Made by a program: the position numbers and the translations under genes. Below the pieces are notes generated by a model. The model was not told where the DNA came from and ran no database searches. It was given only the letters and a program-made list of their open reading frames with translations. A DNA stretch of 64,000 bases from Halorutilales archaeon Cl-col2-1 (GTDB lineage: Archaea > Halobacteriota > Halobacteria > Halobacteriales > Afararchaeaceae): assembly GCA_041891055.1 (NCBI GenBank), contig CP169074.1, positions 1,312,001 to 1,376,000 of the forward strand, in the 5' to 3' direction. Positions 1 to 9,901 of this stretch are shown here, one piece after another (positions within the stretch are counted from its first letter, which is position 1; each line of letters opens with the position of its first letter).

Positions 1-1374
1 CCTACCTTCAGGAGAGTCTATAACGGATGTGACATCGTCATAGTCTCCACTACCGCGAGACATCCTGTTGACTTCGTCTACGATGGGTTTAGTAGCCCAT
101 TCAGGGGTTTCAGAGGTAGTCGTAGCTCCCTCTTTATCAAGTAGTCCGACCTCATCGAGTGTGTGAACAGCTCCGGAGAGTCCGAGATTATTAATGAACT
201 CCTCTCGGCGATCCAGATCAAGTGCCGCTACGGATAGGGAGAGAATGAGGTCAGACAGATCACAGGGCTCGAACCTGTTGAAGTCAGGTGTGCCTCTTAC
301 CGAAAACCCTCTAGGCGTGAAGTCAATCGAATTAACCTCCGACTCTTCGCTTTTGTTACCGGTCAATGATGCGGCTAACGTCTTCGGATTGTCGACAGTA
401 GCAGAGACCATAGTCACCTGTGGATCATTTTTTGAGTAATACGACTTTAGCCGTTGAGTTAAGAGAGAAATCGCCGCACCTTGGATACCGCTCCAGACAT
501 GCGCTTCGTCGAACACTATATGCTTCAGGGGCTGTTCTCCGGGAGAATGACCGAGTATGTCGAGCGTCTCTTCGTTGTCCGAGACGAACATGTAGTCGAG
601 TGCTTCCGGATTGGTGAGCAGTATGTCAACCCCTTGTCGGATAGCATCTTTTGTGACCCGTATCCACGAGTACTGGTTGTCATCTGTACCGACACTCGTA
701 CTGCTCAGGACACGGAGTTTTTCGTCTTCATCCCTTGGATCAACTAGTCCACGGATATACGCCCCTTCCTCCACTTCATAGTCACGCGTTCCGACGCGTT
801 GCGGTGTGTCAGAGTCCCATATTCCTATGGTTATCCTCTCCTCTGGGGCGCGGTTCCGGTTGATATGGTCTAAGTAAGTGATGAAACGGTTCAGCTGATC
901 GACTCCGAGAGTCTTCATAGGATAGACCACAAGGGATTTCAACCCCTCTTCGTCGGTTGAGAGGCAGTGGTTCAGCATCGGAAGGAAGAATGCCTCAGTC
1001 TTACCTGCTGCCGTAGGAACAGCGAGAATGCTGTCCTTGTTCGTTTTCTCAATAGCTTCTATGGTCTCAGCCTGATGCTGATAGAGGGAACCAGAAGGGT
1101 CTCCTCCGAAGAGTTCCTGAACTATAGCATCGGTAATATCCGAGTGATAACCCAACTCCTCTTGAAGGAAAGGAGCGGCTGGGTTATCATGGAACTTCGG
1201 AGCGTCGACGAACTCTACGAAAGGTCCTTTTTGCTCGATTAATTCATTAGCGACGAAGGACTGAGCGTTTGAGACTCCGTCTACTTCGTTAAGCTTCGTC
1301 ATCGAGCGGTTCCACCACGTAATTTCGGATGCCCGATCGAGAGCAGAGTTGAGAGTGTCTTGGGGAGTCTGCAT
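1..1374 (-). CDS. SF2 DEAH-box helicase of the DrmA/DpdJ/DruE-like defence type, N-terminal part (continues beyond the left edge)
   Basis: Not in the ORF track. Manual translation from the ATG at 1374 is open to base 1: MQTPQDTL...LYQHQ (Q motif), VPTAAGKTEAF (I), VYPMKTLGVDQ (Ia), LLTNPEALD (Ib), VFDEAH (II), MVSAT (III). Confidence 0.9.
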   Translation of the reverse strand, partial: MQTPQDTLNSALDRASEITWWNRSMTKLNEVDGVSNAQSFVANELIEQKGPFVEFVDAPKFHDNPAAPFLQEELGYHSDITDAIVQELFGGDPSGSLYQHQAETIEAIEKTNKDSILAVPTAAGKTEAFFLPMLNHCLSTDEEGLKSLVVYPMKTLGVDQLNRFITYLDHINRNRAPEERITIGIWDSDTPQRVGTRDYEVEEGAYIRGLVDPRDEDEKLRVLSSTSVGTDDNQYSWIRVTKDAIRQGVDILLTNPEALDYMFVSDNEETLDILGHSPGEQPLKHIVFDEAHVWSGIQGAAISLLTQRLKSYYSKNDPQVTMVSATVDNPKTLAASLTGNKSEESEVNSIDFTPRGFSVRGTPDFNRFEPCDLSDLILSLSVAALDLDRREEFINNLGLSGAVHTLDEVGLLDKEGATTTSETPEWATKPIVDEVNRMSRGSGDYDDVTSVIDSPEGR

Positions 1375-1454
1375 CTTGTCAGTACCCAAACAAAACAGGA
1401 TGCTTAGTTATTAAATTGAGGGTCGTTCATTCAATAGTTCTTTATTTGATCCAA

Positions 1455-2114
1455 TTATGTATGGACTTCATCAGGAGGAATTATATTTAGGTGATGTTCT
1501 GAAGAGTAATGTTTTTCGATAGCGTCGTTAATATCTGATTCTCTATCTATCATATCACGGTAATCAAGAGTGACAACCATATTTCCCCCACAGTGATCGC
1601 ACCAAACTGCTCCTTGTGCCAAGACGATGCTATCTTGATAATTATCGATCCGTGAATCTATATCCTCCGCTAATTCGTCCTTATGATCACCCGTATATAT
1701 TTTCGTTCTTTTCTTTACTGTTCGCTTCCTTGACCTGACTGAGCGGATGAATTTACGTAGCTCGTAAAATTTATTTTCATCATCAATCGATGCGAATTCC
1801 ATCTGCAGGTCTCGAAGGTGGTCTCGGTCATTATCCGTTACTTTTACAGATGGATTTCTGCTTTCGAAATCTATTACTTCGTACCTGAATATTGGATGGG
1901 TTTCTGAGTCACTCTCCTGTTCAACGAACTTCCGAAGATCAATATAGATTTGTCCCCTTGTAGAACATCTCATTTCAAATTCATCCTCAACTTCTGTGGA
2001 GATGAATTTGTCATCTCTTCCCTCAATAACGGAGATGCTACCTTCATCTCCTTCAAGCCAGACTTGTACGTAATTCAAAAGGACACTTGTATCGAGGAAC
2101 AGTTGTGAAGGCAC
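1455..2114 (-). CDS. PIN-domain protein (putative RNase toxin)
   Basis: N-terminal LFLDTSVLL, acidic EVEDE, DSIVLAQG and VTLD motifs typical of the PIN fold; GTG start 5 bp after the upstream stop. Confidence 0.7.
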   Translation of the reverse strand: MPSQLFLDTSVLLNYVQVWLEGDEGSISVIEGRDDKFISTEVEDEFEMRCSTRGQIYIDLRKFVEQESDSETHPIFRYEVIDFESRNPSVKVTDNDRDHLRDLQMEFASIDDENKFYELRKFIRSVRSRKRTVKKRTKIYTGDHKDELAEDIDSRIDNYQDSIVLAQGAVWCDHCGGNMVVTLDYRDMIDRESDINDAIEKHYSSEHHLNIIPPDEVHT

Positions 2115-2119
2115 TTATG

Positions 2120-3148
2120 TCACCCTGAATTGATTTTGTCATAAGTCTCTGTCAATTCACTAACCGTCTCTTTAACAGAGGTTTCCGAGGATTCTGGGTA
2201 ATAGTCATCAGGTTCAGGGATAAGCCCTGCATCAGCGCACAGCCCCTCTAAATTGTACAGAAAATCGTCATAATTCTTGTCAAGGAACTGTAGTTCATCG
2301 CTCGCTCCTTCCCGAATTTCATTCTTATTTATTCCATGTGGAGTTTCTCGGGAAATTGTTTCTGCGACATATTTCCACGCGTAATCGTGATAGAAATCGC
2401 TCAACTCCCGTATGATTGTCCGAGGATCACAGTCTAGTTCATCTTGGTTGCTTTGACCGAGCTTCATGTAGATGTCTTCAACAAGGTCAGTATATGTAAT
2501 AAATTGCTCTGCAACCTCATTGAAGACCTCTAGCTTCAACAGTTCTCCATGGAGATCGCTGATGATGCGTCCAAGTTCTCGACAGTAGTCTTCGTCGACA
2601 AAAACAACATTAAGGCTTTCCGCATCGTCCCACAGAAAGCGTTGGAATTTGACATTATGAAGGTACAGTTGCTTGAATTGGGAGGGGGCATTCTCCATAT
2701 AAAAATCACGGAGAAAATCATGCAAATCGGACTCAAGAATCTCTTCCAAGCCCTCAAATTCGCCCAGTTCAAGACCCAAATAGAACTCTTGATATTCTTG
2801 GGGAGAAGGATATCTATCTGTAACTCTAGGTCTCACACTTGGAGTGAATGGATGGGGGATTTCGTTCAAAGCTGTTGGTTGTATACCCTCCGGTGAGGGA
2901 ACACTATTCCCTAAATCAGGTCCGTAGGTATGCCAGCTATATTGTACTGGAATACGAGACCAGTCCACCCCAAGGAATATCGTCTTATGAAGTTTAATTT
3001 CCCCGTGGGTTGCTTGTTTAAATGGTCTTGATCCGGTATCCAACTCGGATAACGCTCCTTCCAGACCATGGATGAGATCATCCAGGAGCTGCTTTTCCTG
3101 CGCGCGAGATATGTTTTCCATGTTTTTTACCCCATGCCGTGAACTCAT
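2120..3148 (-). CDS. Panacea/SocA (DUF4065)-like N-terminal domain protein, putative antitoxin
   Basis: IKLHKTIF...YSWHTYGP resembles the KLxKLxY...W.YGP signature; directly upstream of the PIN gene. The start may be the ATG at 3121. Confidence 0.5.
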   Translation of the reverse strand: MSSRHGVKNMENISRAQEKQLLDDLIHGLEGALSELDTGSRPFKQATHGEIKLHKTIFLGVDWSRIPVQYSWHTYGPDLGNSVPSPEGIQPTALNEIPHPFTPSVRPRVTDRYPSPQEYQEFYLGLELGEFEGLEEILESDLHDFLRDFYMENAPSQFKQLYLHNVKFQRFLWDDAESLNVVFVDEDYCRELGRIISDLHGELLKLEVFNEVAEQFITYTDLVEDIYMKLGQSNQDELDCDPRTIIRELSDFYHDYAWKYVAETISRETPHGINKNEIREGASDELQFLDKNYDDFLYNLEGLCADAGLIPEPDDYYPESSETSVKETVSELTETYDKINSG

Positions 3149-3318
3149 ACGGCTATTAGATATCCAACCACATAATATTCATGGATGGATGACGGTAATC
3201 TCTCTGATGGTGATAGTAGTGATACTGACGGCACAAATACTGCATGAATGACCCGTAATCAGATGGAAATACCACCAAAGGATTGAAGCCCCAGTCAATT
3301 GAATAACATCTTATTCCA

Positions 3319-6300
3319 ATGAAATACTTCGACAGAAACTCCGATGAATCCCGAATGGACTCTCAAGTCCGCCCTCTTCTCCAAGGACTTCTACAGAACA
3401 AACAGATATTCACCGAGGACGATACTGACGACGCGCCAGAGGTTACTGGAGCACTGAAGTACACTCAGGAGGAGCAAAAACGCCGAGACGTAGATGACTA
3501 CGACGGTGACAATCCGTTTGTCGAGTCTATAATAGATATATTCGGTTTCCAGCCTCTCGACTTCCAAGTAAACAGCTGGAGGGTAATGGAAGAACTCGAC
3601 GCAAGACGGCAACAGAGGGACAGGTCACAACGGGTTATATTCTCGGCTCCCACCGGCTTTGGGAAGACAGAGAGCTTCTTAGGACCGCTTTATCAGCTAC
3701 TCCGTCGCGGTGATCAGGAAATGTCTATTCTGGTGTACCCTAGCCGTGCGCTTCTTCAGGATCAGTTGGCGCGTATTCTAGAGCATATCCATACAATAAG
3801 AGAGGATAGTGGTGACCATCTCTCAGTAGGCATCTGGACGGGACAGACTCCGTATAAAATCTCTGACGTTGAAAATGATTTCTTTGAGCGAGAGGGATCC
3901 GAACAGGAGTTCAAGCTGGCTAACTGTTGGTGCGGCGAAGAAGACGAAACTAATTCATTCGTATATCGGGGCGGAAGCGACGGCTACAGTGTAGTCTGCG
4001 AAAACAATGAGGACCACTCGTTTAGTAACCGTGAGCTCGTCCTCAACCGTACAGATATGCGCAAGGGGGGACATCCCAACATTCTGCTAACTACCTTAGA
4101 GTCCTTGGAGCTATTCGGTCTCAAGCCGAACTACGATATCATAAGCCACGCTGACTCAATAGTCTTTGATGAAATCCACCTGTATACCGGATTAAGGGGC
4201 GCACACACCGCTAACATAGTCAACAACATCGAATCCGTTACCGATGACTCCATACTCTGGGTAGGCTCAAGTGCAACTATTGACAACGAAGAGAGATTCG
4301 CAAACAAGATATTCCCTTCGGGCGGAGAGCTAGAGTCAGTTTCGCCCCCTGACTCCGACTTTGCCACAGATCACGACGACAAGGAACACTACTACTTCAT
4401 GAAGTCGACTGAGTCCGGTCCAGGTGTATCCTCTATGTATATACAGCAGATAATGTTGCTCGGACACTCCCTACTTGAGAAACAGAACGGCGACCGTGGT
4501 AAGATACTTTCATTTATTGATAGTATAAGCCAGGTTAACCAGAAGAGAACCCAGCTTGAGGACGCTGACAGCAACCGGAGTCTATGGCAACACCACGTGG
4601 GGTCAGGTGACACCAGCGACTGGGAAGTGGTCGCTCAAGATATGGGGTATAACTTCCTCCGAAACGACCTTGATTTTGGATCCGTATACTCGGACGTTGG
4701 GTTCGACGCTTCGGTAAAGGACAACGACGTTCTACTATCTACGAACTTTCTTGAGGTCGGCATCGATGTAGGCGACATAACGATAGTAACCCAGTACCGT
4801 ACCCCGTGGAACCTTTCTTCGTTTGTTCAGCGAGCGGGTCGCGCTGCACGCGAAGAAGGAACTGACTCACACATCTTTGTCTTTCTCTCTGACCTAACAG
4901 AAGACTCCAATATGTTCTACCGAGCCGACCGTTTCCTGTCTTCCGAAATACGAACCCCGTTAAAAACCGATAACGAGGTTGTCAAATGGATACACGACCG
5001 GTTTGAGATCTATTACGAAATCGCCACCCAGATATCCGACCGTAGATACTACTCTACTAAGGAGGAAACGGAGGACTTCCACGAAAGGTTCCTTGTTGAC
5101 GAGCTGGGCTGGGAGGACTACCACACCTTAATTACAGATCCGGGGCAGGTTCTCGCAAGAGAGTTAGATATCTATGACTCGTTCGACAGCTTGGTAGGGC
5201 AGAGACCGGTTGAAGAAGTATTGGCTAGACTAGAAGAAGAACAAGATGAGATAGATAATCAGCTGTCCATTGAAGGAGTCGAAGGAGATACCGTTTCCTC
5301 TCTTTCAAATTCTATTCACGAAAATATCCTTAGATTCGTCCAAGAGCGCTCAGACGTTGTAGAGGAATGCGGAGAATCCGAGGTTCCGGAAAACCTACTT
5401 GATGACCTATCGTCTAAGCTTGATTCTATCCGGAAAACTCTCACAGATCAGCCTGGGAATACGACAGGCTCAGTCTCCGAAACTGGATATCAGGAAGTAC
5501 TCCCTGACTTATTTGACGTAACTAGTGACATACTCAGGTTACGGAATAACATACAAAACGACTCAGTTAACGTAGGTCAGTTTGAATTTAGTGCTCAGGA
5601 TATAAGCGACCAAGTATCTGAGCTAAAGAGGCTGACAGATGATGAGGAGGTGAAGAAGTTAGAAAAGAAACGGAAAAAGACCCAGTACCTCATGAAGGCT
5701 CTGGAGGAGATACACGACTACAACGAAATTCAGACAAATCATCTAAGCCTCCACTACGTGAAGCATCTCCTGCGAGGTGGCTATTACTTCAACAGGTTCC
5801 TACGGGTGGATGGAGGTTCGTTAGGCGACGGTGATATATGGTATATACCCGAGAACTACTTCAACGACGCTGGCAAGTACTTCACTGTAAAGTACGGTGA
5901 TAATGAGGGTAGCGATTCAGAGGAACCTATCGACAAGCTCGTACATTCGTACACTCCCTTCAGGAGCGAATATCAGCAAGACGCTGGTCATCTGCAGGCG
6001 TTTGTTCCCATGACCGTGGTGGAAGAAGACGGCACGGTACGGTTCGACTTCAGCGATATCGATGAAGGGGAGACACATGACGACCTTTTCGTCCCTGATT
6101 CTATCACCCTCTCCGACATAGATGACCTGAGCGGGAGTAAAGCCCTGAACATAGTTCGGTACTGTCCACAGTGTCTACAGATTCTTGACGAAGGTAGCTG
6201 TCTTCGTCACAACGATTCCAGGCTGGGTAAGATACACTCCAGTCCGAATGTAGAGACAACACTAACCGAACGTGTAGAGGAGTCAAAACAGGGCAATATG

Positions 6301-7356
6301 TCACTCGCAGATGTCTCCGGAAAGGTACGTCTCACAGGTACGTCGCTAGAGATTACACCCGCAACATACAGTTCCCAGAGTTCCCAGAATGGGAAGTATA
6401 TCTTCACAGGTGGCGATAGAATCAGTCGGGAGATTACGGCTCCTGAACAGACACTAGGTTTCACCATCGATACACGGGGACTGATATTTGACATTAGTGA
6501 TTATCTGGATGTCGTTGGTGATGATGTTACGACAGAACACGCGTCTCGGTACAACGACTTCGACGAGGTTTCGGCTCGGTACGTGGCAACCCACACAGCG
6601 GCACACTTCTATACGCAGTTCGTCGCAGATCTGGCGGGAATAAGCCCTAATATGTTGTTCTACGGTTTCGATATGGATAACGAGGAAGTATACGTGTTTG
6701 AACGCTCCCAGGGTGGACAGGGTATCGTTGACTTGGTCTTCAATGATGTCCGCCAAGATCCTGCAACTGCGCTTGAGTCAATTACCCGCATCAGCTACAA
6801 TCTCCAAGTTATCAACGAACGTCTCTGGGCAGACGAAGAGTTCGTTGAGAATTTAGAAGAATCCCGAAACAAGGATCAACTAGAGGAGTTGGTTAGAAGT
6901 TTTGATGAGGTTCCTGTATATAATCACATTGTCGACCTGATTGTGGAAGAGGTGCAGTCCTCAGTAGACAGAGCTACTCAGCTGGCACAAGAGGAGTCAA
7001 TATCAAGGGAAACAGCCTACGAGGTGAAACACACCGTATCAAAAGAGCGTGTAGCTGGTGTTGAGACCTTTCCCGAAGAGAAAGTGTCCAACGTAGTCCC
7101 AAATATCGGAGACCACGAAAGAATCAAAACCCTATTCTTCTCACCAGATATTGACGGCTGTGTAGAGAACCTTCATCTATCCGAATGTATATCCTCCTAC
7201 GATCAGTCTGATGCACTCAGCTACGTATTCCTTGAAGAACTCCGAGAGGAACTGATTGAATACATCCCAAGCAATAAAAGCGCAGACCACATCTTCAACA
7301 AAGAGATGTTCCCAGGAGGTGAGTACGATGGTACAAACATTTTCGTTACCCTCTAG
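3319..7356 (+). CDS. Large SF2 helicase with C-terminal DUF1998-like region (DpdJ-like)
   Basis: APTGFGKT, YPSRALLQDQ, DEIH, SSAT, LEVGIDVG, QRAGRAAR; Cys/His clusters (CWC..C..H, CPQC..C..H); C-terminal HTAAH...FERSQGGQG...DGC; followed by a PLD gene as in dpdJ-dpdK. Confidence 0.8.
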   Translation: MKYFDRNSDESRMDSQVRPLLQGLLQNKQIFTEDDTDDAPEVTGALKYTQEEQKRRDVDDYDGDNPFVESIIDIFGFQPLDFQVNSWRVMEELDARRQQRDRSQRVIFSAPTGFGKTESFLGPLYQLLRRGDQEMSILVYPSRALLQDQLARILEHIHTIREDSGDHLSVGIWTGQTPYKISDVENDFFEREGSEQEFKLANCWCGEEDETNSFVYRGGSDGYSVVCENNEDHSFSNRELVLNRTDMRKGGHPNILLTTLESLELFGLKPNYDIISHADSIVFDEIHLYTGLRGAHTANIVNNIESVTDDSILWVGSSATIDNEERFANKIFPSGGELESVSPPDSDFATDHDDKEHYYFMKSTESGPGVSSMYIQQIMLLGHSLLEKQNGDRGKILSFIDSISQVNQKRTQLEDADSNRSLWQHHVGSGDTSDWEVVAQDMGYNFLRNDLDFGSVYSDVGFDASVKDNDVLLSTNFLEVGIDVGDITIVTQYRTPWNLSSFVQRAGRAAREEGTDSHIFVFLSDLTEDSNMFYRADRFLSSEIRTPLKTDNEVVKWIHDRFEIYYEIATQISDRRYYSTKEETEDFHERFLVDELGWEDYHTLITDPGQVLARELDIYDSFDSLVGQRPVEEVLARLEEEQDEIDNQLSIEGVEGDTVSSLSNSIHENILRFVQERSDVVEECGESEVPENLLDDLSSKLDSIRKTLTDQPGNTTGSVSETGYQEVLPDLFDVTSDILRLRNNIQNDSVNVGQFEFSAQDISDQVSELKRLTDDEEVKKLEKKRKKTQYLMKALEEIHDYNEIQTNHLSLHYVKHLLRGGYYFNRFLRVDGGSLGDGDIWYIPENYFNDAGKYFTVKYGDNEGSDSEEPIDKLVHSYTPFRSEYQQDAGHLQAFVPMTVVEEDGTVRFDFSDIDEGETHDDLFVPDSITLSDIDDLSGSKALNIVRYCPQCLQILDEGSCLRHNDSRLGKIHSSPNVETTLTERVEESKQGNMSLADVSGKVRLTGTSLEITPATYSSQSSQNGKYIFTGGDRISREITAPEQTLGFTIDTRGLIFDISDYLDVVGDDVTTEHASRYNDFDEVSARYVATHTAAHFYTQFVADLAGISPNMLFYGFDMDNEEVYVFERSQGGQGIVDLVFNDVRQDPATALESITRISYNLQVINERLWADEEFVENLEESRNKDQLEELVRSFDEVPVYNHIVDLIVEEVQSSVDRATQLAQEESISRETAYEVKHTVSKERVAGVETFPEEKVSNVVPNIGDHERIKTLFFSPDIDGCVENLHLSECISSYDQSDALSYVFLEELREELIEYIPSNKSADHIFNKEMFPGGEYDGTNIFVTL

Positions 7357-7774
7357 CGGATTACGTTACTTGCTCGGTTACTCATTAGCACAAAAGGATC
7401 ATGTTGCTATATGCACGCCGTGGCTGAGCGACGTAGAGCTACGGCTACCGCTAAGTCCCGAAGTAGAAGATCGTCGTATTTCGCTGTCTGCTGCTCTCGA
7501 AAAGTTTGACACAAGAGTGGATGTGTATATCAGAGAAGGTCAGTCACACAATGAGTATATTCTTTCAAAAATAGGAGAGAATGCTAATATAACTAAAGAT
7601 GAGAATCTACACGCCAAGGCTATCGTAACCAACGAGTACGTGTATCTCGGCTCCGCAAATATAACAAGAGGTGGATTGTTGACGAATCTCGAGCTGTGTC
7701 AGGTGATAGAAAACGAGTATGAGAGCGTAGAGAAGTACCTGGAGGCTGAGTTAGAACTCTCAGTTTCTCCATAA
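7328..7774 (+). CDS. Single-HKD phospholipase D-family nuclease (DpdK/DrmC-like)
   Basis: CTPWLSD and LHAKAIVTNEYVYLGSANIT. The ATG at 7328 is preceded by GGAGGTGA and overlaps the helicase end, so it is preferred over the ORF-track start at 7256. Confidence 0.8.
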   Translation: MVQTFSLPSSGLRYLLGYSLAQKDHVAICTPWLSDVELRLPLSPEVEDRRISLSAALEKFDTRVDVYIREGQSHNEYILSKIGENANITKDENLHAKAIVTNEYVYLGSANITRGGLLTNLELCQVIENEYESVEKYLEAELELSVSP

Positions 7775-7783
7775 TCAGGACTA

Positions 7784-8338
7784 TCAGTTGGATTCCTGAT
7801 TTAATCTCGGGTTGTCAACTTCAAGAAAGTCCGAAAGATTCTCCAGCAGAATTTCTTGGTGTTCGTAGACAGTCTTTCGCGTTTTCTTACTGTGACCAGA
7901 CAGTTTGACCTTGTCCACCATTCTTATCAGATGTTCCAGCTTCTGCTTCGATCTGTTGTACGGCTCAGATCGGAACTCAAGCTCTTCTTCGGTAATTAAC
8001 TCGACGACACCATCCGGCTCGTTTAGATTGATGCTCGTTGACGGAAGAGATGAGGACTGCCCCTCTTCGAAGTTCAGGTATGGTTCGTACTCAGTGAGTA
8101 GTAGCTGCTCTGCCTTATCAGTGCCATCAGTTTCCCACCATTCGACTCTATGAATATCCCATATATCCAACCTACCATAGCTAACTACACTTGAGTCTTG
8201 ACGAATAAAATGCTCTCTCAGACGCCTTCTTAGGCTACTATCTGTCTTACCTGCATATGCCGGCTCATCGTCTAAGTCATACATGCAGTACACTCCACAT
8301 TCACCCCTTGGAACGGTCTTAAGCTCCTCGGAAATCAT
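7784..8338 (-). CDS. GIY-YIG nuclease family protein
   Basis: GVYCMY...AYAGKT...LRRRLREHF...E...LN matches the GIY-YIG hairpin plus conserved R, E and N. Confidence 0.85.
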   Translation of the reverse strand: MISEELKTVPRGECGVYCMYDLDDEPAYAGKTDSSLRRRLREHFIRQDSSVVSYGRLDIWDIHRVEWWETDGTDKAEQLLLTEYEPYLNFEEGQSSSLPSTSINLNEPDGVVELITEEELEFRSEPYNRSKQKLEHLIRMVDKVKLSGHSKKTRKTVYEHQEILLENLSDFLEVDNPRLNQESN

Positions 8339-9900
8339 CGCAACTCCTCTACTATGATAGCGTTCACTAACTCAGAAGCACCGTCGTACGAGTATGTTAT
8401 CTGCTTGTTTTCGAAGTCAATAGAGACATTACCCTGTAAGTATCCTTTGCGTTCTTGTTCCCGGAGATAGTCCAAGTCACCCCACTCCCAAGCTACGATA
8501 GCGTCAATAACTTCCAGATTCCTTTCCTTCTCGAAGTGATCTTGAACAGACATCTCTACTGAGGTAGCCTCAAGCCCCTGCCCATTGCGTATGAAGGCAG
8601 TTACATCGTGATCAGGTCGGTAGTCCTCAAGCTCCACTATAGGCTCTTCTTTATCACGATTGACTCTCTCAAGCGCGACGAGGAGTTCTGCTGTGTTTTC
8701 AGGCACAAATTCTGAATCCTGCCTCTTAATTAGTTTCTCACGTCTCTGCTCGACGGACTTCGACTGAGACTCAGATCTACGTTGCGCTTCTCCTCTTCGT
8801 AGCGTATCTTGGTACTTCGAGAACCACGGATCGCTACATACTTTGGAGATGTAGTGCCTGACCTCTTCCAAAAGACGGTCGTATAAATCACTACTCTTGT
8901 TGCGGATCTTACCCCTGTTGGCTGAGAGTTCAAGATCCTGACAGTTAGCCACAAAGAAGAGATGTGTGTGTTCTACGTTGTCCGGAACAACCTCATTAGC
9001 TTGTTCGACCTTGATATGATCCTTTGCTAACCAGACTCCGAACTGTGCAGAATGTTTCCCGTACGTGGCAAGTTTGTTACGTGCTCTTTTACCTCCTACC
9101 ATGCCGACAATCTCCACCTCAGAAGTACCACCATCATGCTCTACCTGCAAAGTCTTTGCAGGATAGTGCTTGCACATCCATTCTCCAGGGAACCTCCCCC
9201 CCGCAGGCTCTATCTGCTCTTCGGGAAACTCAAAGTGGTTGTTGATTCTCAGATCTTTCTGAGTATCGTCGATGTAGGCATCCAGATCAACAATTACCTC
9301 CATCTCACGGGAATCGTCTTCGAAGAAGTGAGCAGTAGATCCTGCAACTGTCTTCCACTTCAGATAGTGTTCTATCTTATTGTAGGTTAACGAACCTTCA
9401 CTAAGTCCTTTACCCGACCTGAAGCCGATAATCTCAATCTTCGTACCTTCCCGATTATCCCTCTGCTGCTCTGTGACCTCATACTCCGGTAATTCTCTCT
9501 CATTTAGCTTTTCCCAAGGTCGATTCATCTTCGCCGACAGATGTTTATCGTTCTTTGAGGTCTCAACTCGTATCTGATCACTCTTGTAGAAAATCTTAGT
9601 ACCATGTCCCTTGTACCCGATACCATCTTCTTTGTTGGAGTTTCCTAAATCAAAGAAAGACTCTAAATCGTCTTTATCCATCCCATTTCCGTCATCCTCT
9701 AAGACAATGTCCGCTCCTTCATCACGGGTACGTATTGTTATCTCGAAACGACCGGCGTCCGCATCGTATGCGTTAGATAAGGATTCTCGTATTACCTCGA
9801 GAGGATCCTCAAAATCACTAGCAATTTCCAGGAACTCGTTAACTTCGTTTACTTTCGGTGTTTTCCTCGTTTCTCCTTCCGTTTTTGTTTCTGTTTTCAT
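8335..9900 (-). CDS. GHKL (MORC/MutL/Hsp90-like) ATPase
   Basis: Bergerat boxes RESLSNAYDA, EDDGNGM, GIGYKGHG and GT; S5-like region (LSANRGKI); coiled segment; C-terminal DAIVAWE region. Confidence 0.85.
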   Translation of the reverse strand: MKTETKTEGETRKTPKVNEVNEFLEIASDFEDPLEVIRESLSNAYDADAGRFEITIRTRDEGADIVLEDDGNGMDKDDLESFFDLGNSNKEDGIGYKGHGTKIFYKSDQIRVETSKNDKHLSAKMNRPWEKLNERELPEYEVTEQQRDNREGTKIEIIGFRSGKGLSEGSLTYNKIEHYLKWKTVAGSTAHFFEDDSREMEVIVDLDAYIDDTQKDLRINNHFEFPEEQIEPAGGRFPGEWMCKHYPAKTLQVEHDGGTSEVEIVGMVGGKRARNKLATYGKHSAQFGVWLAKDHIKVEQANEVVPDNVEHTHLFFVANCQDLELSANRGKIRNKSSDLYDRLLEEVRHYISKVCSDPWFSKYQDTLRRGEAQRRSESQSKSVEQRREKLIKRQDSEFVPENTAELLVALERVNRDKEEPIVELEDYRPDHDVTAFIRNGQGLEATSVEMSVQDHFEKERNLEVIDAIVAWEWGDLDYLREQERKGYLQGNVSIDFENKQITYSYDGASELVNAIIVEELR

Positions 9901-9901
9901 C

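Noticed and set aside
931-945. AAGGGATTTCAACCC resembles the tRNA-Glu T-arm (possible att copy)
   Set aside because: Short, mismatched and inside a coding region; no acceptor-stem sequence alongside.
194-1242. Short plus-strand ORFs in the track
   Set aside because: Shadows of the minus-strand helicase frame, which has clear motifs.
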